64,000 nt of DNA from positions 10,557-74,556 of the IMG/VR virus record IMGVR_UViG_3300045988_119787. One strand, written 5' to 3'. Below the pieces are notes generated by a model. That model saw nothing but the letters and a program-made list of their open reading frames with translations. It was not told the origin of the DNA and made no database searches. The DNA is from a virus. The stretch's first letter is position 1. Every line of letters begins with the position of its first letter. Both the position numbers and the translations under genes were made by a program. Positions 19,645 through 29,607 of this stretch are shown piece after piece.

Positions 19645-19919
19645 GATACTTACCATTAATATTTTGTATATTTCTCCTATCTTGTGGACCATCAAAGAAA
19701 GATATGCAAGAGGAGATAGAATCTAAAAACGATACAATTATGATTCTAAGGAGAGAAATCAACAAGCAGTCTGAGTATATAGATGAATTGCAAGAAAAGT
19801 TAGACAATGCAAGATCTTATGCGGAAGACGTTCAGGCCGCACTAGATGATGGAAGTTTTAGTGATGCTTACGATGCTGCATCAGATGCAGAATCGGAAGC
19901 TGATTATAATGATTATTAA
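19641..19919 (+). CDS. Small lipoprotein with coiled-coil and acidic tail
   Basis: Lipobox LLSC at residues 12-15. ATGA overlap with the upstream gene. Confidence 0.55.
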   Translation: MRYLPLIFCIFLLSCGPSKKDMQEEIESKNDTIMILRREINKQSEYIDELQEKLDNARSYAEDVQAALDDGSFSDAYDAASDAESEADYNDY

Positions 19920-19928
19920 TAGATAGTT

Positions 19929-20111
19929 ATGAAAACAGAAGAATGGGTTATTCTCATAGTATTTGTGTTGGTCGCCATTGAAAGATGCGGTGGTATGAAT
20001 AAAGATGGTTCCGATAGAGGCGATACTTGGTATGAAGATATAAGCCTGGGAGTGCCAAACAACACTCCCATTCTTCTTTATCTATATTCTGTTTACTATC
20101 CTATCCGTTAG
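19929..20111 (+). CDS. Small membrane protein
   Basis: 60 aa, TM WVILIVFVLVAI. Its end overlaps the convergent gene's stop. Confidence 0.4.
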   Translation: MKTEEWVILIVFVLVAIERCGGMNKDGSDRGDTWYEDISLGVPNNTPILLYLYSVYYPIR

Positions 20112-20974
20112 TCACCAGTTTGCTCCACACCTCCAATATTTATTGAAGAATAATTGCATTCTGATTTCAACTTCTTGATTGCAGCCTTTGCTGCTTCACT
20201 AGGAGTATAGGCAGATGATGTCCAAATCACAATATTCTTGTTTGAATCCTTGTTGCCTGTAAGATTTGACATATCTACCAACATGTTATTAACACTATCA
20301 TTGTTATCAATAAAAACTCCTGCGCCTATATCTAACATATTTCCTGACACTTTGGAATTTGGGGCCCATGATGTAATAGTTCCACTAATTGCTTTCAAAC
20401 TATTAGGAAGTGATGAAGGATTGTCTATTACCGTTCCTAGATATTTCTCCAGCTTAACCGTTTTCATCAAGATTTCATCTGGAAAAATAATCCAAGTAGT
20501 ATCTACAACATCTTCCGGATGAGCAAGTTTATCAATAGTAAATATTTCTTTACTTGCATTTCTAATCCTATATAAGTGAATATATTCGAAATCACTCGGA
20601 CTTTTGTATGGAGTAATGAAAACACCATCATAGTTTGGAAAATAGTATTTTCCCTTAATGGTGATAGTTGTTACTCCAGTATTAGGGAACTTGACAGCGT
20701 AATCTGAAATAGTCTCATCTTGAATATCTGCAAATCTAAGTGTAGTGTACTTTTTACCATTCGTTTCAAAATTACGCTGAAAGTAAGCCCCATTATCCAA
20801 GGTTGCCTCGAAATCTCCTCCTATGCTTTTTACAAAAGCTATCATTCTCATAGAAATATAGGAATACAAAGTTTCCTTGGATTCTTTTGACACAATGAAT
20901 TTAAATTCATTCAGTTTCGGAAGATTATCATTATCTACCGAACCATAAAGTTTTGATATTAAACACTTTACCAT
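20108..20974 (-). CDS. Hypothetical tail-associated protein
   Basis: 288-aa ORF immediately downstream of the tail-fibre gene on the same strand. Confidence 0.5.
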   Translation of the reverse strand: MVKCLISKLYGSVDNDNLPKLNEFKFIVSKESKETLYSYISMRMIAFVKSIGGDFEATLDNGAYFQRNFETNGKKYTTLRFADIQDETISDYAVKFPNTGVTTITIKGKYYFPNYDGVFITPYKSPSDFEYIHLYRIRNASKEIFTIDKLAHPEDVVDTTWIIFPDEILMKTVKLEKYLGTVIDNPSSLPNSLKAISGTITSWAPNSKVSGNMLDIGAGVFIDNNDSVNNMLVDMSNLTGNKDSNKNIVIWTSSAYTPSEAAKAAIKKLKSECNYSSINIGGVEQTGD

Positions 20975-20992
20975 ATTATTTATTTTTTTTAA

Positions 20993-23900
20993 TTATGATA
21001 ATGAATTAATTAAATTATCAACCAAAGGAAGTCGCTCCTCTAACCATTTCTTTACACGATATATGCTATCATAATGTCCAAGATAGAATGGTCTTTCTGA
21101 ATAGTATTTTGTTACAGGAGACACGTTGGTGCAATCCTTAATAACCTTAAATGCAAGATGCTCGAATACTACATAACTACCAGCAGTATAAGTTGTATCT
21201 TTATTCCATACCTTCTGACCAGAAGCTGTGATTCCTGCATCAGTATATGTACATGGGGTATAGTATTCTGTGTTTATGTTACTATCCCTATGACAAGGAG
21301 ATTGCTTCCATCTATCATACTCCTGCTTAAAATCATCTGTTCCAATTCTAGAACACCAATCAGTAAGAAGGTTAATGATGTTGTCAGCAGTAAGTATAGC
21401 CTTTCTGAGTTCAGAATATCTTTTCTTCAACTCTGTTGCAAAATACTTATATACCCAATATGTTCCACCATATCCCTTTTTGTTTCCCATCAAGCTGATT
21501 GGCTCCATAAAATTATCTTTTGGTGAGAAGCTGAAAGTGCCATCAAAGAAATCTCCAAACACACCATCTAGGTCATAAGGATATACACCAAATCTTACTC
21601 CATTCCAAGAACCAATTTGCCAATTCTTACCAAATCCATCATAGTTAGCTATAACGTTTGAGAAACAAAGATAATCAATAATGCCATCTACATCATATCT
21701 GTTATCAATTTCATTCTTTATATCATCTTTGGTCTTGCTGCCAGCTTCTATTTGTGCTTCTACTTCAGTAAGTTCTGTATCATATTTACTTAGGGCAATG
21801 ATATACTTTTTTACTTGAAATGATAGTTCCATATTCTTATTGGAAGCATCATAACTTTCAGATGTATCATCTATAAGCTCCTGCACTTTGTTTTTGTCTG
21901 CATCATATTTACTACCATCCATACAGATAAGAGACTTAGGGTTTCTTATCTCAAATCCCTGCTCACTCATCGGATTCCATGCAGTACTTGGCAATGTACC
22001 ATTTGCAGAAAATAGGTTTTGTCTAATAAAACCATCCAAGTGTATATTCTCAGCTTTATTCTTTGACATTTTCATATTGTCACGATGTTTCTTTAATTGC
22101 CAAGAAAAAACACCTAAGAACTCTCCTTCGAAATAGACTATGCAAGGAAATCCATCAGGAAAAGTTCTTGCTTCATCACCAAAGTCATAAGCAATTTCTG
22201 CATTTTGATTTATGCCATAAGATGCAGATGTGGAATCTTTATAGTATCTCTTATAAGCCCTGTCATTATGCAATCCACGACTTTTTGATATTTCATCAAA
22301 CAATTTATAGCAAACAACTCCTGCACCTCTAAAGGCATCAGTATAATATGCCTTAAAATGAAAACTGTCTTGTGATACCCAATTACCGATTTTTACTTTG
22401 CAGGTATCATCACCAATCCATTCATCATTGCATATAACTACTGCAAAATTCTTCTTTGCCAAATAGAGTGAACTACTTCCTTGCGCATTGAGAATTACAC
22501 GTTTCTTAAAGTATATGCCTTCTAATGTCCATACTTCTATCCATGCATGTAGATTCTGGGTTTTAGATGTTGGCATGTTTGATACTCCTGAAATGTTAAC
22601 TATAGCCTTTCTTGGTTGATTTGGGATTCTTATATGATCATCATTGCTCATGTCACAAGCATTGATGTTATATCCTTTACTTTTCAAATATTTAATGAAA
22701 TCATTTCCGTCTTCAACATGGAGGCTGGCAACACGCATTTTTTTCTCAACCTTTGTACCATCTTTTTCACGGAAACCAAGAATTTTATCATCAGAATCAG
22801 TTATCAATTCCATGCGTTCCTCTTGGTCTTCAAAGGATTTTTTTGAATTTGCTACATCTTCATTGATAAGTGTTTTACCTACCTCCTTATTAACCTTTGT
22901 ATCAAACGTTTCTGATTTCAAGTCATACACATAATGGCTTCCATCATTGTATGTAGCAGAAAGAATCCTTCCGTCTGCATCTTTCTCTACTGCAAGGTAC
23001 TCAGGATTCTCCTGCAAAGAGAAAATATCAAGAAGTTCTTGTAGATTGGTATCTATTGTACCTACCTTCTCCTGCAATGATGCAAGGTCTGATTGAAGCT
23101 GAGAGATAACTTTCTTCAAGGCATTGACTGCATGAATCTCACCAATGACCTCTCCGTCTCTTCTAAGACCAAGTAATACTTTATCGTCAGTAGTAACCCA
23201 AGCAGCAAAGTATTCTTCGCTCTGAATGACGTGATACATTTCATTAAGAGGATAATATGGCTTGCCAGTTGCTCTGTAGAAGCCAAACAGTACCTTATCA
23301 TCTGAATCCACTATAGCTTTGAGAAATTCTTCATTCTCAATTATTCTAAAGCACTCTTTTACTTCATCTTCAATGAGTGATTTGCCTTCTTCCTTGTCAA
23401 CCTTTGTATCTTGAAGATTCTTGATGTCCTCTCCAAACTTAGTATTGAGACTATTGAGGTTTGCAAGAATGCTTGTAAGGGTCTGCGTATTCTCAATCTC
23501 AGCAAAGAACTTCTTCAACTCATTCATGGTATCAATGACATTTGTTGTGTCCTCATCACCCATGATGGTTGCTACTCTCTCTGCAAGAAGAGTTACTTGT
23601 GACTGCAATCTGTCCTCTACAGCACTTGTCTTACCAAATACTGGAGTGGCATCCCATTGGATACCAAAGAGAAGCTTGTCCTCTGCGTCCACCTTGGCAA
23701 AGATGAACTCTTCATTCTGAATGTAGCGGAAAGGAGTTTCTACTACAGTTCCTTCCTCATCCTTGATAGCTACTTTATCTACTACTTCCTGCATTGTGCC
23801 AAGAGTCTGCTCTGTCTGCTCTCTAGAATCATCAGCCTTCTGGGCTGCTTCATTGGCTTTTAATGTAGCTTCTTCTGCCTTGGTTGTGGCAGCTTTAGCT

Positions 23901-24265
23901 TGCTCTGTAGCCTGAGCAGATGCTGTTGTTGCATTGGTTGCTAACTGGGTAGCATTGTCAGCCGCTTCCTTTGCTGCTGTGGCTGCTGCTGTAGCTTGCT
24001 TTGCATTTTCTGTAGCTTGATCAGCTTTGGCGGTAGCTTCTTTTGCCTTCTCGGTTGCCTCATTTGATGCAGTTACAGAATTATTTATCTCTTGCCGGAT
24101 AGACGGGGCAAGCTTTTGGGCTGTAACCGCACCGTCAGCCAACTTCTCGGAAGTAATATTGCCGTCACGAATCTTGTCTTTTGTAACAGATTGGTCATTA
24201 TAATCATCTGTTTTCATCATTGGCACCATACCACCTATTTTTGTATCTTGTCTAAATGTAGGCAT
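20993..24265 (-). CDS. Tail fibre protein: N-terminal fibre motif, Ala/Thr/Lys coiled coil, five internal repeats, CotH-like C-terminal domain
   Basis: ITSEKLADGAVTAQKLAPS fibre-type motif. ATEKAKEATAKADQATENAKQATAAATAAKEAADNATQ... coiled coil. C-terminus NYDGFGKNWQIGSWNGVRFGVYPYDLDGVFG resembles the CotH core. Confidence 0.7.
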   Translation of the reverse strand: MPTFRQDTKIGGMVPMMKTDDYNDQSVTKDKIRDGNITSEKLADGAVTAQKLAPSIRQEINNSVTASNEATEKAKEATAKADQATENAKQATAAATAAKEAADNATQLATNATTASAQATEQAKAATTKAEEATLKANEAAQKADDSREQTEQTLGTMQEVVDKVAIKDEEGTVVETPFRYIQNEEFIFAKVDAEDKLLFGIQWDATPVFGKTSAVEDRLQSQVTLLAERVATIMGDEDTTNVIDTMNELKKFFAEIENTQTLTSILANLNSLNTKFGEDIKNLQDTKVDKEEGKSLIEDEVKECFRIIENEEFLKAIVDSDDKVLFGFYRATGKPYYPLNEMYHVIQSEEYFAAWVTTDDKVLLGLRRDGEVIGEIHAVNALKKVISQLQSDLASLQEKVGTIDTNLQELLDIFSLQENPEYLAVEKDADGRILSATYNDGSHYVYDLKSETFDTKVNKEVGKTLINEDVANSKKSFEDQEERMELITDSDDKILGFREKDGTKVEKKMRVASLHVEDGNDFIKYLKSKGYNINACDMSNDDHIRIPNQPRKAIVNISGVSNMPTSKTQNLHAWIEVWTLEGIYFKKRVILNAQGSSSLYLAKKNFAVVICNDEWIGDDTCKVKIGNWVSQDSFHFKAYYTDAFRGAGVVCYKLFDEISKSRGLHNDRAYKRYYKDSTSASYGINQNAEIAYDFGDEARTFPDGFPCIVYFEGEFLGVFSWQLKKHRDNMKMSKNKAENIHLDGFIRQNLFSANGTLPSTAWNPMSEQGFEIRNPKSLICMDGSKYDADKNKVQELIDDTSESYDASNKNMELSFQVKKYIIALSKYDTELTEVEAQIEAGSKTKDDIKNEIDNRYDVDGIIDYLCFSNVIANYDGFGKNWQIGSWNGVRFGVYPYDLDGVFGDFFDGTFSFSPKDNFMEPISLMGNKKGYGGTYWVYKYFATELKKRYSELRKAILTADNIINLLTDWCSRIGTDDFKQEYDRWKQSPCHRDSNINTEYYTPCTYTDAGITASGQKVWNKDTTYTAGSYVVFEHLAFKVIKDCTNVSPVTKYYSERPFYLGHYDSIYRVKKWLEERLPLVDNLINSLS
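22741..23720 (-). repeat. Five copies of a ~28-aa motif EE[FY]xxAxxDxDDK[VIL]L.G....G inside the fibre gene
   Basis: NEEFIFAKVDAEDKLLFGIQWD; NEEFLKAIVDSDDKVLFGFYRATG; SEEYFAAWVTTDDKVLLGLRRDG; NPEYLAVEKDADGRILSATYNDG; ERMELITDSDDKILGFREKDG. Confidence 0.7.
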
Positions 24266-24554
24266 ATTTTATTTCTTTTGGTTCTGATGAAGTGAATATC
24301 TGAATTTTAACATTCTCCGGGATAATTCTCATCCTGAGATAGAACTTATCCATGTTTTTGTGCGCTCGGATGGGTGCTCTTGGCTTTTTGCCATCGCCAA
24401 TATCCTGACGAATGATAAGCTTGCCAGGGCTTTTGAGCTTAATCATCAAATAGATGTCTCGCTGCAAGGGAATATCCTTTGTTATCCACGCACGTTCCTC
24501 TTCGCTATATGTTGAAACTACGTATTCCATTGCTTTGTAAGATATTTCGTCCAA
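24252..24554 (-). CDS. Hypothetical protein
   Basis: 100-aa ORF that overlaps the fibre start by 14 nt. Alternative ATG at 24530. Confidence 0.45.
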   Translation of the reverse strand: MDEISYKAMEYVVSTYSEEERAWITKDIPLQRDIYLMIKLKSPGKLIIRQDIGDGKKPRAPIRAHKNMDKFYLRMRIIPENVKIQIFTSSEPKEIKYAYI

Positions 24555-24895
24555 CTGTAATGAGGTCTGTTATAAGGATAGACGGGGTATTGCTGATACG
24601 CACGTGCTTCCTGCTCGAAAGAGATTGCCCGATACGCCTTGTGAGGGTTGCGGATAACCAAGAGACGAATGAGCCATTCCAATACATACCAGAGATAGAA
24701 GAAGACATATAACATTTCCTGCATCTGCTTGGTATGGATTTGTTCATGAACTACCGTTTGCTGCGAGAGGGTTTTGTTTCCTCTGACAAACAACACTCCA
24801 AAGAGGTTTATTGCAATGAATCCCTTTGGAGGGATAAGGTTATTTCTAATTATCTTCATATCCTTATTATTTAATAATCCAGAAAGTTTGTCCAT
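24518..24895 (-). CDS. Small hydrophobic HExxH protein embedded in fibre module
   Basis: VVHEQIHTKQMQE motif flanked by hydrophobic segments (FIAINLFGVLFV, MLYVFFYLWYVLEWLIRLLVI). Confidence 0.5.
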   Translation of the reverse strand: MDKLSGLLNNKDMKIIRNNLIPPKGFIAINLFGVLFVRGNKTLSQQTVVHEQIHTKQMQEMLYVFFYLWYVLEWLIRLLVIRNPHKAYRAISFEQEARAYQQYPVYPYNRPHYSWTKYLTKQWNT

Positions 24896-26651
24896 TGTTA
24901 TAGAATCCTACTATGTCGTATGCACCATAGTCCAATTCCTTCTTTCCCGATTTCGGAAGTTCCGTCTTTTCGGAAGCCAACTGCAGAAACACATTTGTGC
25001 TTATGCATTGCAAGATAGGGGCAGGGCTGCTTCTGGTAATCAACGGTGCGTACAGTTTGAGATTCACGTAACCGTCTTCTGCCGTCAATGCCGGCATCGA
25101 GTAGGTTCCGCCACCCAACAACAAGGATCCACTGAGAATGTTGTCGTGGGAAGAAGAGATTTTGAGGCGAACAGTCTTGGCACGAATATCGCCAGCTACT
25201 TTCAGATTGCCCGAACTGTCCAATTTCAAGTTCTCGGAATCAATCTCAATCTGTCCGGAAGCGAATTTCATCGTCTTACCTTTCAGATTAATCTGGTCTG
25301 CTGAGACTACGGCACTGGAAATGCCATCCTGAACCATGGTACGTATCGTTGCCTCGGAAACAACCTTCCCATCAACATACTCTCTTGATGCAAGCGTTGC
25401 CTTATCTGCAGTAGTCATAAGACCCGACTTATTCTTTAGCGAACCGTCCTCGTTAAATCTGCTGTTTGCAATCTCAATACTATTAGCGTTCTGTGAAATT
25501 TTAGAACTCAGCTTTTCGAAGTTTCCATCAGCATCTTTCTTGTTTGCCTCAATGGTAGAAGAAAGAGAGCTGGAAGTGGCTTCAAGCTTGTTGGTTATAT
25601 TCTCAATAGAACCGTCTGCGTCCTGTTTGTTTGAGGATATTGTTGCCGACAAGCCTCTTGCTGTCTGCTGAAACTCGGAATAGTACTTTTCAAGCTTCAC
25701 GCCCTGCTCGTCAAGTGAATTGCTCAATTCCGTGAACGTCTGCTTGAACATCTTCTGATTGCTCACCAAGGTAGTATAGAAAGTCCGCGTATTCACGAAT
25801 ACACGAACAATCGTAGAGTATACCAAATCACTTCCACCGATTTTGCAATCTACAGCAACCTGTGCCTGCGTGACAGGAACCTTGATGGAATTGCCATCCA
25901 AATCTGTAGTATGGACCGTTTGAAGGTCGCTTCCCCTGAGATAGAATGATTTTCCATCAGATTCAGCTGACAAACCGTTGGTAAAATTGGTAGTGCTTAG
26001 ACCGACAATCGTAACATCATCAATCTCCTGACCGCCAAGATAGGCTTTCATTCGAATCAACTTATCTTGACTGGAAGAAATATTTCCCTTAGAATCGGTA
26101 TTGAATGTAACAGAAGCCGGATCGGCTGAGATTCCGTAACCACTCATACCATCATCACCGTTTGAGCCAGAAGGAATACCGAAGTCAAGAACTGCAGCAT
26201 TTGATGTTCCAGAATTGCGAACATAGGCAGCGGCTCCTGAATGCAGCGTTTTCACGTCACCAATCTCAATGGTAGCAGCCCTACCGATGGTGGAAGAATC
26301 ACGGTCGGTATTGAGAGTTACCACTTCAAGGGCAACATTAGGGTTGTCTGTACCCTGCTCTTCCTCGCTATGAGGGACCAGCTCGAAAGCTTCGGTCTTG
26401 TCAATTGTGCTCAGATTGCCGTTAGTTGTATCACGGCACACCAAGGTATAGACTCCACAATACTTCTGCTGAGAACCAGAAAACTCGAAAGAAATAATAT
26501 TCCCCTTGATGGTGAAATCTGGGATGGTTATCACCTTATTATATACGACAAGCTGCACTTGCAAGGTCTTTGCTTCAAGTGATTCCTGCTTGCCGTTGGT
26601 AGTGATTCCCCAACTAACATGAATGTCATTATGTAATCGAATCTTCTTCAT
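24867..26651 (-). CDS. Tail fibre / structural protein
   Basis: 594-aa ORF with a beta-rich N-terminus and a Ser/Thr/Asn/Gly-rich fibre-like composition, in the structural arm. Confidence 0.5.
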   Translation of the reverse strand: MKKIRLHNDIHVSWGITTNGKQESLEAKTLQVQLVVYNKVITIPDFTIKGNIISFEFSGSQQKYCGVYTLVCRDTTNGNLSTIDKTEAFELVPHSEEEQGTDNPNVALEVVTLNTDRDSSTIGRAATIEIGDVKTLHSGAAAYVRNSGTSNAAVLDFGIPSGSNGDDGMSGYGISADPASVTFNTDSKGNISSSQDKLIRMKAYLGGQEIDDVTIVGLSTTNFTNGLSAESDGKSFYLRGSDLQTVHTTDLDGNSIKVPVTQAQVAVDCKIGGSDLVYSTIVRVFVNTRTFYTTLVSNQKMFKQTFTELSNSLDEQGVKLEKYYSEFQQTARGLSATISSNKQDADGSIENITNKLEATSSSLSSTIEANKKDADGNFEKLSSKISQNANSIEIANSRFNEDGSLKNKSGLMTTADKATLASREYVDGKVVSEATIRTMVQDGISSAVVSADQINLKGKTMKFASGQIEIDSENLKLDSSGNLKVAGDIRAKTVRLKISSSHDNILSGSLLLGGGTYSMPALTAEDGYVNLKLYAPLITRSSPAPILQCISTNVFLQLASEKTELPKSGKKELDYGAYDIVGFYNNGQTFWIIK

Positions 26652-26656
26652 ATATT

Positions 26657-27313
26657 CTAGCTTTTAGAAGTTTGTGCTCCCAGCTGCTGCAAGGCGATGG
26701 TGTACATCTGGGTAGCTTTTGTATCATCGTAAGCAGAGAGCAACAGATAGGCGATATAGTAGATGAAAGCATTCTTTAGCATATCCGGAACGGCAATATC
26801 GGAAGAAGACTCAGTATTGATGTTCTTTGGAACGCCAACAAAAGAAACGGTTGCCTCTTCTGCCATTGGCTGTAGGAGAATCCGAATAGGATTTTCCCGA
26901 AGGATGGTAGCCTGGGGGCGGTCTTTGGTCCCCTTGGCGGTATCATCAAACATCATGAGTGCTTCATCGGAAGTATCTTCTACCGGCACTACAGCCTTGA
27001 ACCAGTCCTTGCCACGAATGCGAGAGACATTGATAATCTCTGTATTGGCATCCATTGAGACTACTCCAATGCCCAGTTGCTCATTGTAGGTAGAAACCTG
27101 CAAGGTAGAAGTAGTAGCGCCAATCTTCTTGGAATCAGCCAAGACAGCGGAAGAGGATGCCGTGATGGTAAGCCAATGCAAAGCATCATTAATCTTCGAC
27201 TTGATGATGTTATCCATATACAAATCGTCCTTCTCATCGGTGATTTCCGATGTGTTGTTGGATTCCTCGTCTATGCACCAACGTACTGCCTTTATGATTT
27301 CCTCTACACTCAT
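26657..27313 (-). CDS. Hypothetical structural protein
   Basis: 218-aa ORF between the putative capsid and the fibre genes. Confidence 0.5.
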   Translation of the reverse strand: MSVEEIIKAVRWCIDEESNNTSEITDEKDDLYMDNIIKSKINDALHWLTITASSSAVLADSKKIGATTSTLQVSTYNEQLGIGVVSMDANTEIINVSRIRGKDWFKAVVPVEDTSDEALMMFDDTAKGTKDRPQATILRENPIRILLQPMAEEATVSFVGVPKNINTESSSDIAVPDMLKNAFIYYIAYLLLSAYDDTKATQMYTIALQQLGAQTSKS

Positions 27314-27333
27314 TACACCTTATTATATATATG

Positions 27334-27813
27334 TTACTCGTTTTCGTTAAAGTCTGGGAAAACAAGACCAGCCTTAGAAGCATGCTTCATGGCAGTAGTA
27401 AGGGTCTTGCATTCCTTGTCAAAACGATTATTTACGTAATTGATAACCTCGTCTGCTGTGCGAATGTCTCTTACCTCTTCTTTCATTGGAGGCTGAGTTG
27501 TCTTCTTGACAGGCTCATTTGCGACTCCCGGCTCAACATTCGGCTCTAATGCCGCTTTCTTCTCCTCTTCAAGTTTAGCCTTTTCGCCAGGGAACTCTTC
27601 TTCCTCATGGTCGAGAACAATGGTGTTGCTGGCAAAAAGCAAGCTAGACTCAAGTAAATCCTGTGCGTAACGATTACGAAGCGTAATTGATGGATATTTG
27701 TTAGTTACCACATTGCCATTCGTAAAATTGTATCGCATTTGATTACCGTGCTTACCAAGAAGCAGATAGCTAATATTGTTGTTGTTTACTCTTGCTTTAT
27801 ATGTCTTAATCAT
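27334..27813 (-). CDS. Hypothetical structural protein
   Basis: 159-aa ORF downstream of the putative capsid gene. Confidence 0.5.
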   Translation of the reverse strand: MIKTYKARVNNNNISYLLLGKHGNQMRYNFTNGNVVTNKYPSITLRNRYAQDLLESSLLFASNTIVLDHEEEEFPGEKAKLEEEKKAALEPNVEPGVANEPVKKTTQPPMKEEVRDIRTADEVINYVNNRFDKECKTLTTAMKHASKAGLVFPDFNENE

Positions 27814-27820
27814 ATTTTCT

Positions 27821-27860
27821 AATTTTAAAACGGAGGCAGGGCATTTGAACCTCTGCCCCC
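27821..27860 (-). terminator. Hairpin plus T-rich run after putative capsid gene (attenuator/terminator)
   Basis: Minus strand GGGGGCAGAGG-TTCAAATG-CCCTGCCTCC followed by GTTTTAAAA. Confidence 0.45.
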
Positions 27861-27892
27861 GTGGATATATATTTGGATGATAGAGACTCCTG

Positions 27893-29587
27893 TTACTGAG
27901 CTACATCCTGACCTGTATAGACAGTCCAAGCGCTGCCGGTATAATAGTATACAGTACCAGCCTCGTACGTAACATCATCAGTAGGAGAATTAGTACCCTT
28001 CTTTACGTAGTCCTTTGTAAGAGCAACCTTCATGCCCTTTGCAGGAGTATCAGGAAGTTTATTCATTGAAATGATAGCATTGAGCGATTCAGTTGCAATC
28101 TTTGCGATTCTATCCTTTGGACCAACCAAGATAGAGTTGAAGCCACGAAGTGCAACAGAATCTGCCTCCTGATGAATCCAACGCTTAGCGTCACGAACTT
28201 CGCCACCACCCGTAGACATATCGTTGGTCTGTTCCTTCTTGCCAATCTTCACGTAACGTCGAGAAGCCTTAGGGTCAAAGATTACCATAAAGTCGGACAT
28301 ACCCACAAGGTCGAGATTCTGACACCAGACGAAATCAAGCGAGCCGAATGTATCCTTGAAACGTTTGAAGTTAAGATCAAACTCGTTATGATTGATGAAG
28401 TCATTCTGGTGGCTACCCTCCAGCTTGATATTCTCCAAACGCTCAATAGCATTCTTTCCGCAGAATGCGAAGCAGCGGTTGTTCTCTGAGAACTCAGTAA
28501 ACTGGAGCTTAGAAATTGCGATAAGGTCAGCCAATGTATAGGTATCGTCAATACCGTAGGTATTTGTCAACTGGTTAATGATACCCTCAGAGGTATAAAC
28601 GTCCTCTATCTGACCATCACCCGTTTCTACCTTGAAACGAGACTTACAGCCTAAGAGGTAAGTACGCTCTGCACGCAGATTATACTTGATGATTGCGTCT
28701 GTTTTAAGGTCGGCAACAGTAATAGGCTGCTCCTTCTTAACCTTCTCGTAATCATCGGTGAAGACAATGTTCAAAAGCTTCTTCTGAACATATACTTCCT
28801 TCTCACGTGGCTGATAGTTCTCTGGGGTAATTGTAAGCTGAGACTCGGATGCAGCAGAAGATGCAGCAAGGAATGTGGCGCCAACAGGAATCTCAGGACA
28901 GGTCATGTTGTCAAGATTCAAGCGTGTATCGCCGGCATTCTTTGGCTTACCATTAACCGCCTGAAGAGTAGCCTTCTTGCCGTTAGCTTCGATAACAAAG
29001 AGCATCAGATAACCCTCTCGCTTCTCCTGAGAGCCTTCTGCGTAACCAGCTACTTCCGGAACGATAACGGTAGTGCCCTTGTAGAATGGACGAATAGAGC
29101 CAGAGAAATTGGTTGAGTTAATCTCAATGGTGTCTCCAGTTTCGATTTTTACGGTAACCTGACCATCAAGAGTATCACCACCAACACGCATGTGCGAGAT
29201 TGACCAGTTACTGATTGTGACGGTCTTAGCCATACGGCGAACGATTGAAAGGATCGGTGTCTTATAAGGGTAGAACTGAACAATCTCCTTATCCCATTCC
29301 TTATCAAGCAAACCGCCCTCTTTAAGCTGAGTAGAAGAAGCCTGAGAGCCTGTAAGGTCTTGACCATCTTTATTGCCGCCTGGACTAAGGCGATCAGACT
29401 TGCCTGCCTCTACTGGTTCGGTAGCCTTAACGGTTGCATCGCTTGCAAGATTAGGACCTTCGTCACCAATCTGAGGTTCAACGAGATCTGCCATAGCCAT
29501 TGCGCCACCGCCTGTAACTACTGCAAGAATCATCAGAATCATCTTACAGATGAACTGAGTAGAAAAATAATTAATTACTTTCTTCAT
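27893..29587 (-). CDS. Putative major capsid protein
   Basis: 564-aa ORF directly after a scaffold-like gene and followed by a hairpin. Called by position and size only, no diagnostic motif. The hydrophobic N-terminus MILMILAVVTGGGAMAMA is atypical. Confidence 0.4.
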   Translation of the reverse strand: MKKVINYFSTQFICKMILMILAVVTGGGAMAMADLVEPQIGDEGPNLASDATVKATEPVEAGKSDRLSPGGNKDGQDLTGSQASSTQLKEGGLLDKEWDKEIVQFYPYKTPILSIVRRMAKTVTISNWSISHMRVGGDTLDGQVTVKIETGDTIEINSTNFSGSIRPFYKGTTVIVPEVAGYAEGSQEKREGYLMLFVIEANGKKATLQAVNGKPKNAGDTRLNLDNMTCPEIPVGATFLAASSAASESQLTITPENYQPREKEVYVQKKLLNIVFTDDYEKVKKEQPITVADLKTDAIIKYNLRAERTYLLGCKSRFKVETGDGQIEDVYTSEGIINQLTNTYGIDDTYTLADLIAISKLQFTEFSENNRCFAFCGKNAIERLENIKLEGSHQNDFINHNEFDLNFKRFKDTFGSLDFVWCQNLDLVGMSDFMVIFDPKASRRYVKIGKKEQTNDMSTGGGEVRDAKRWIHQEADSVALRGFNSILVGPKDRIAKIATESLNAIISMNKLPDTPAKGMKVALTKDYVKKGTNSPTDDVTYEAGTVYYYTGSAWTVYTGQDVAQ

Positions 29588-29607
29588 TTTATACTTATAT
29601 TTATGGA

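Noticed and set aside
27893-29587. Possibility that the N-terminal hydrophobic stretch (MILMILAVVTGGGAMAMA) makes this a secreted protein rather than a capsid protein.
   Set aside because: This is not resolvable by eye. The position after a scaffold-like gene, the size and the downstream hairpin favour a capsid role, so the capsid call is kept at low confidence. The alternative is noted here rather than raised as a finding.
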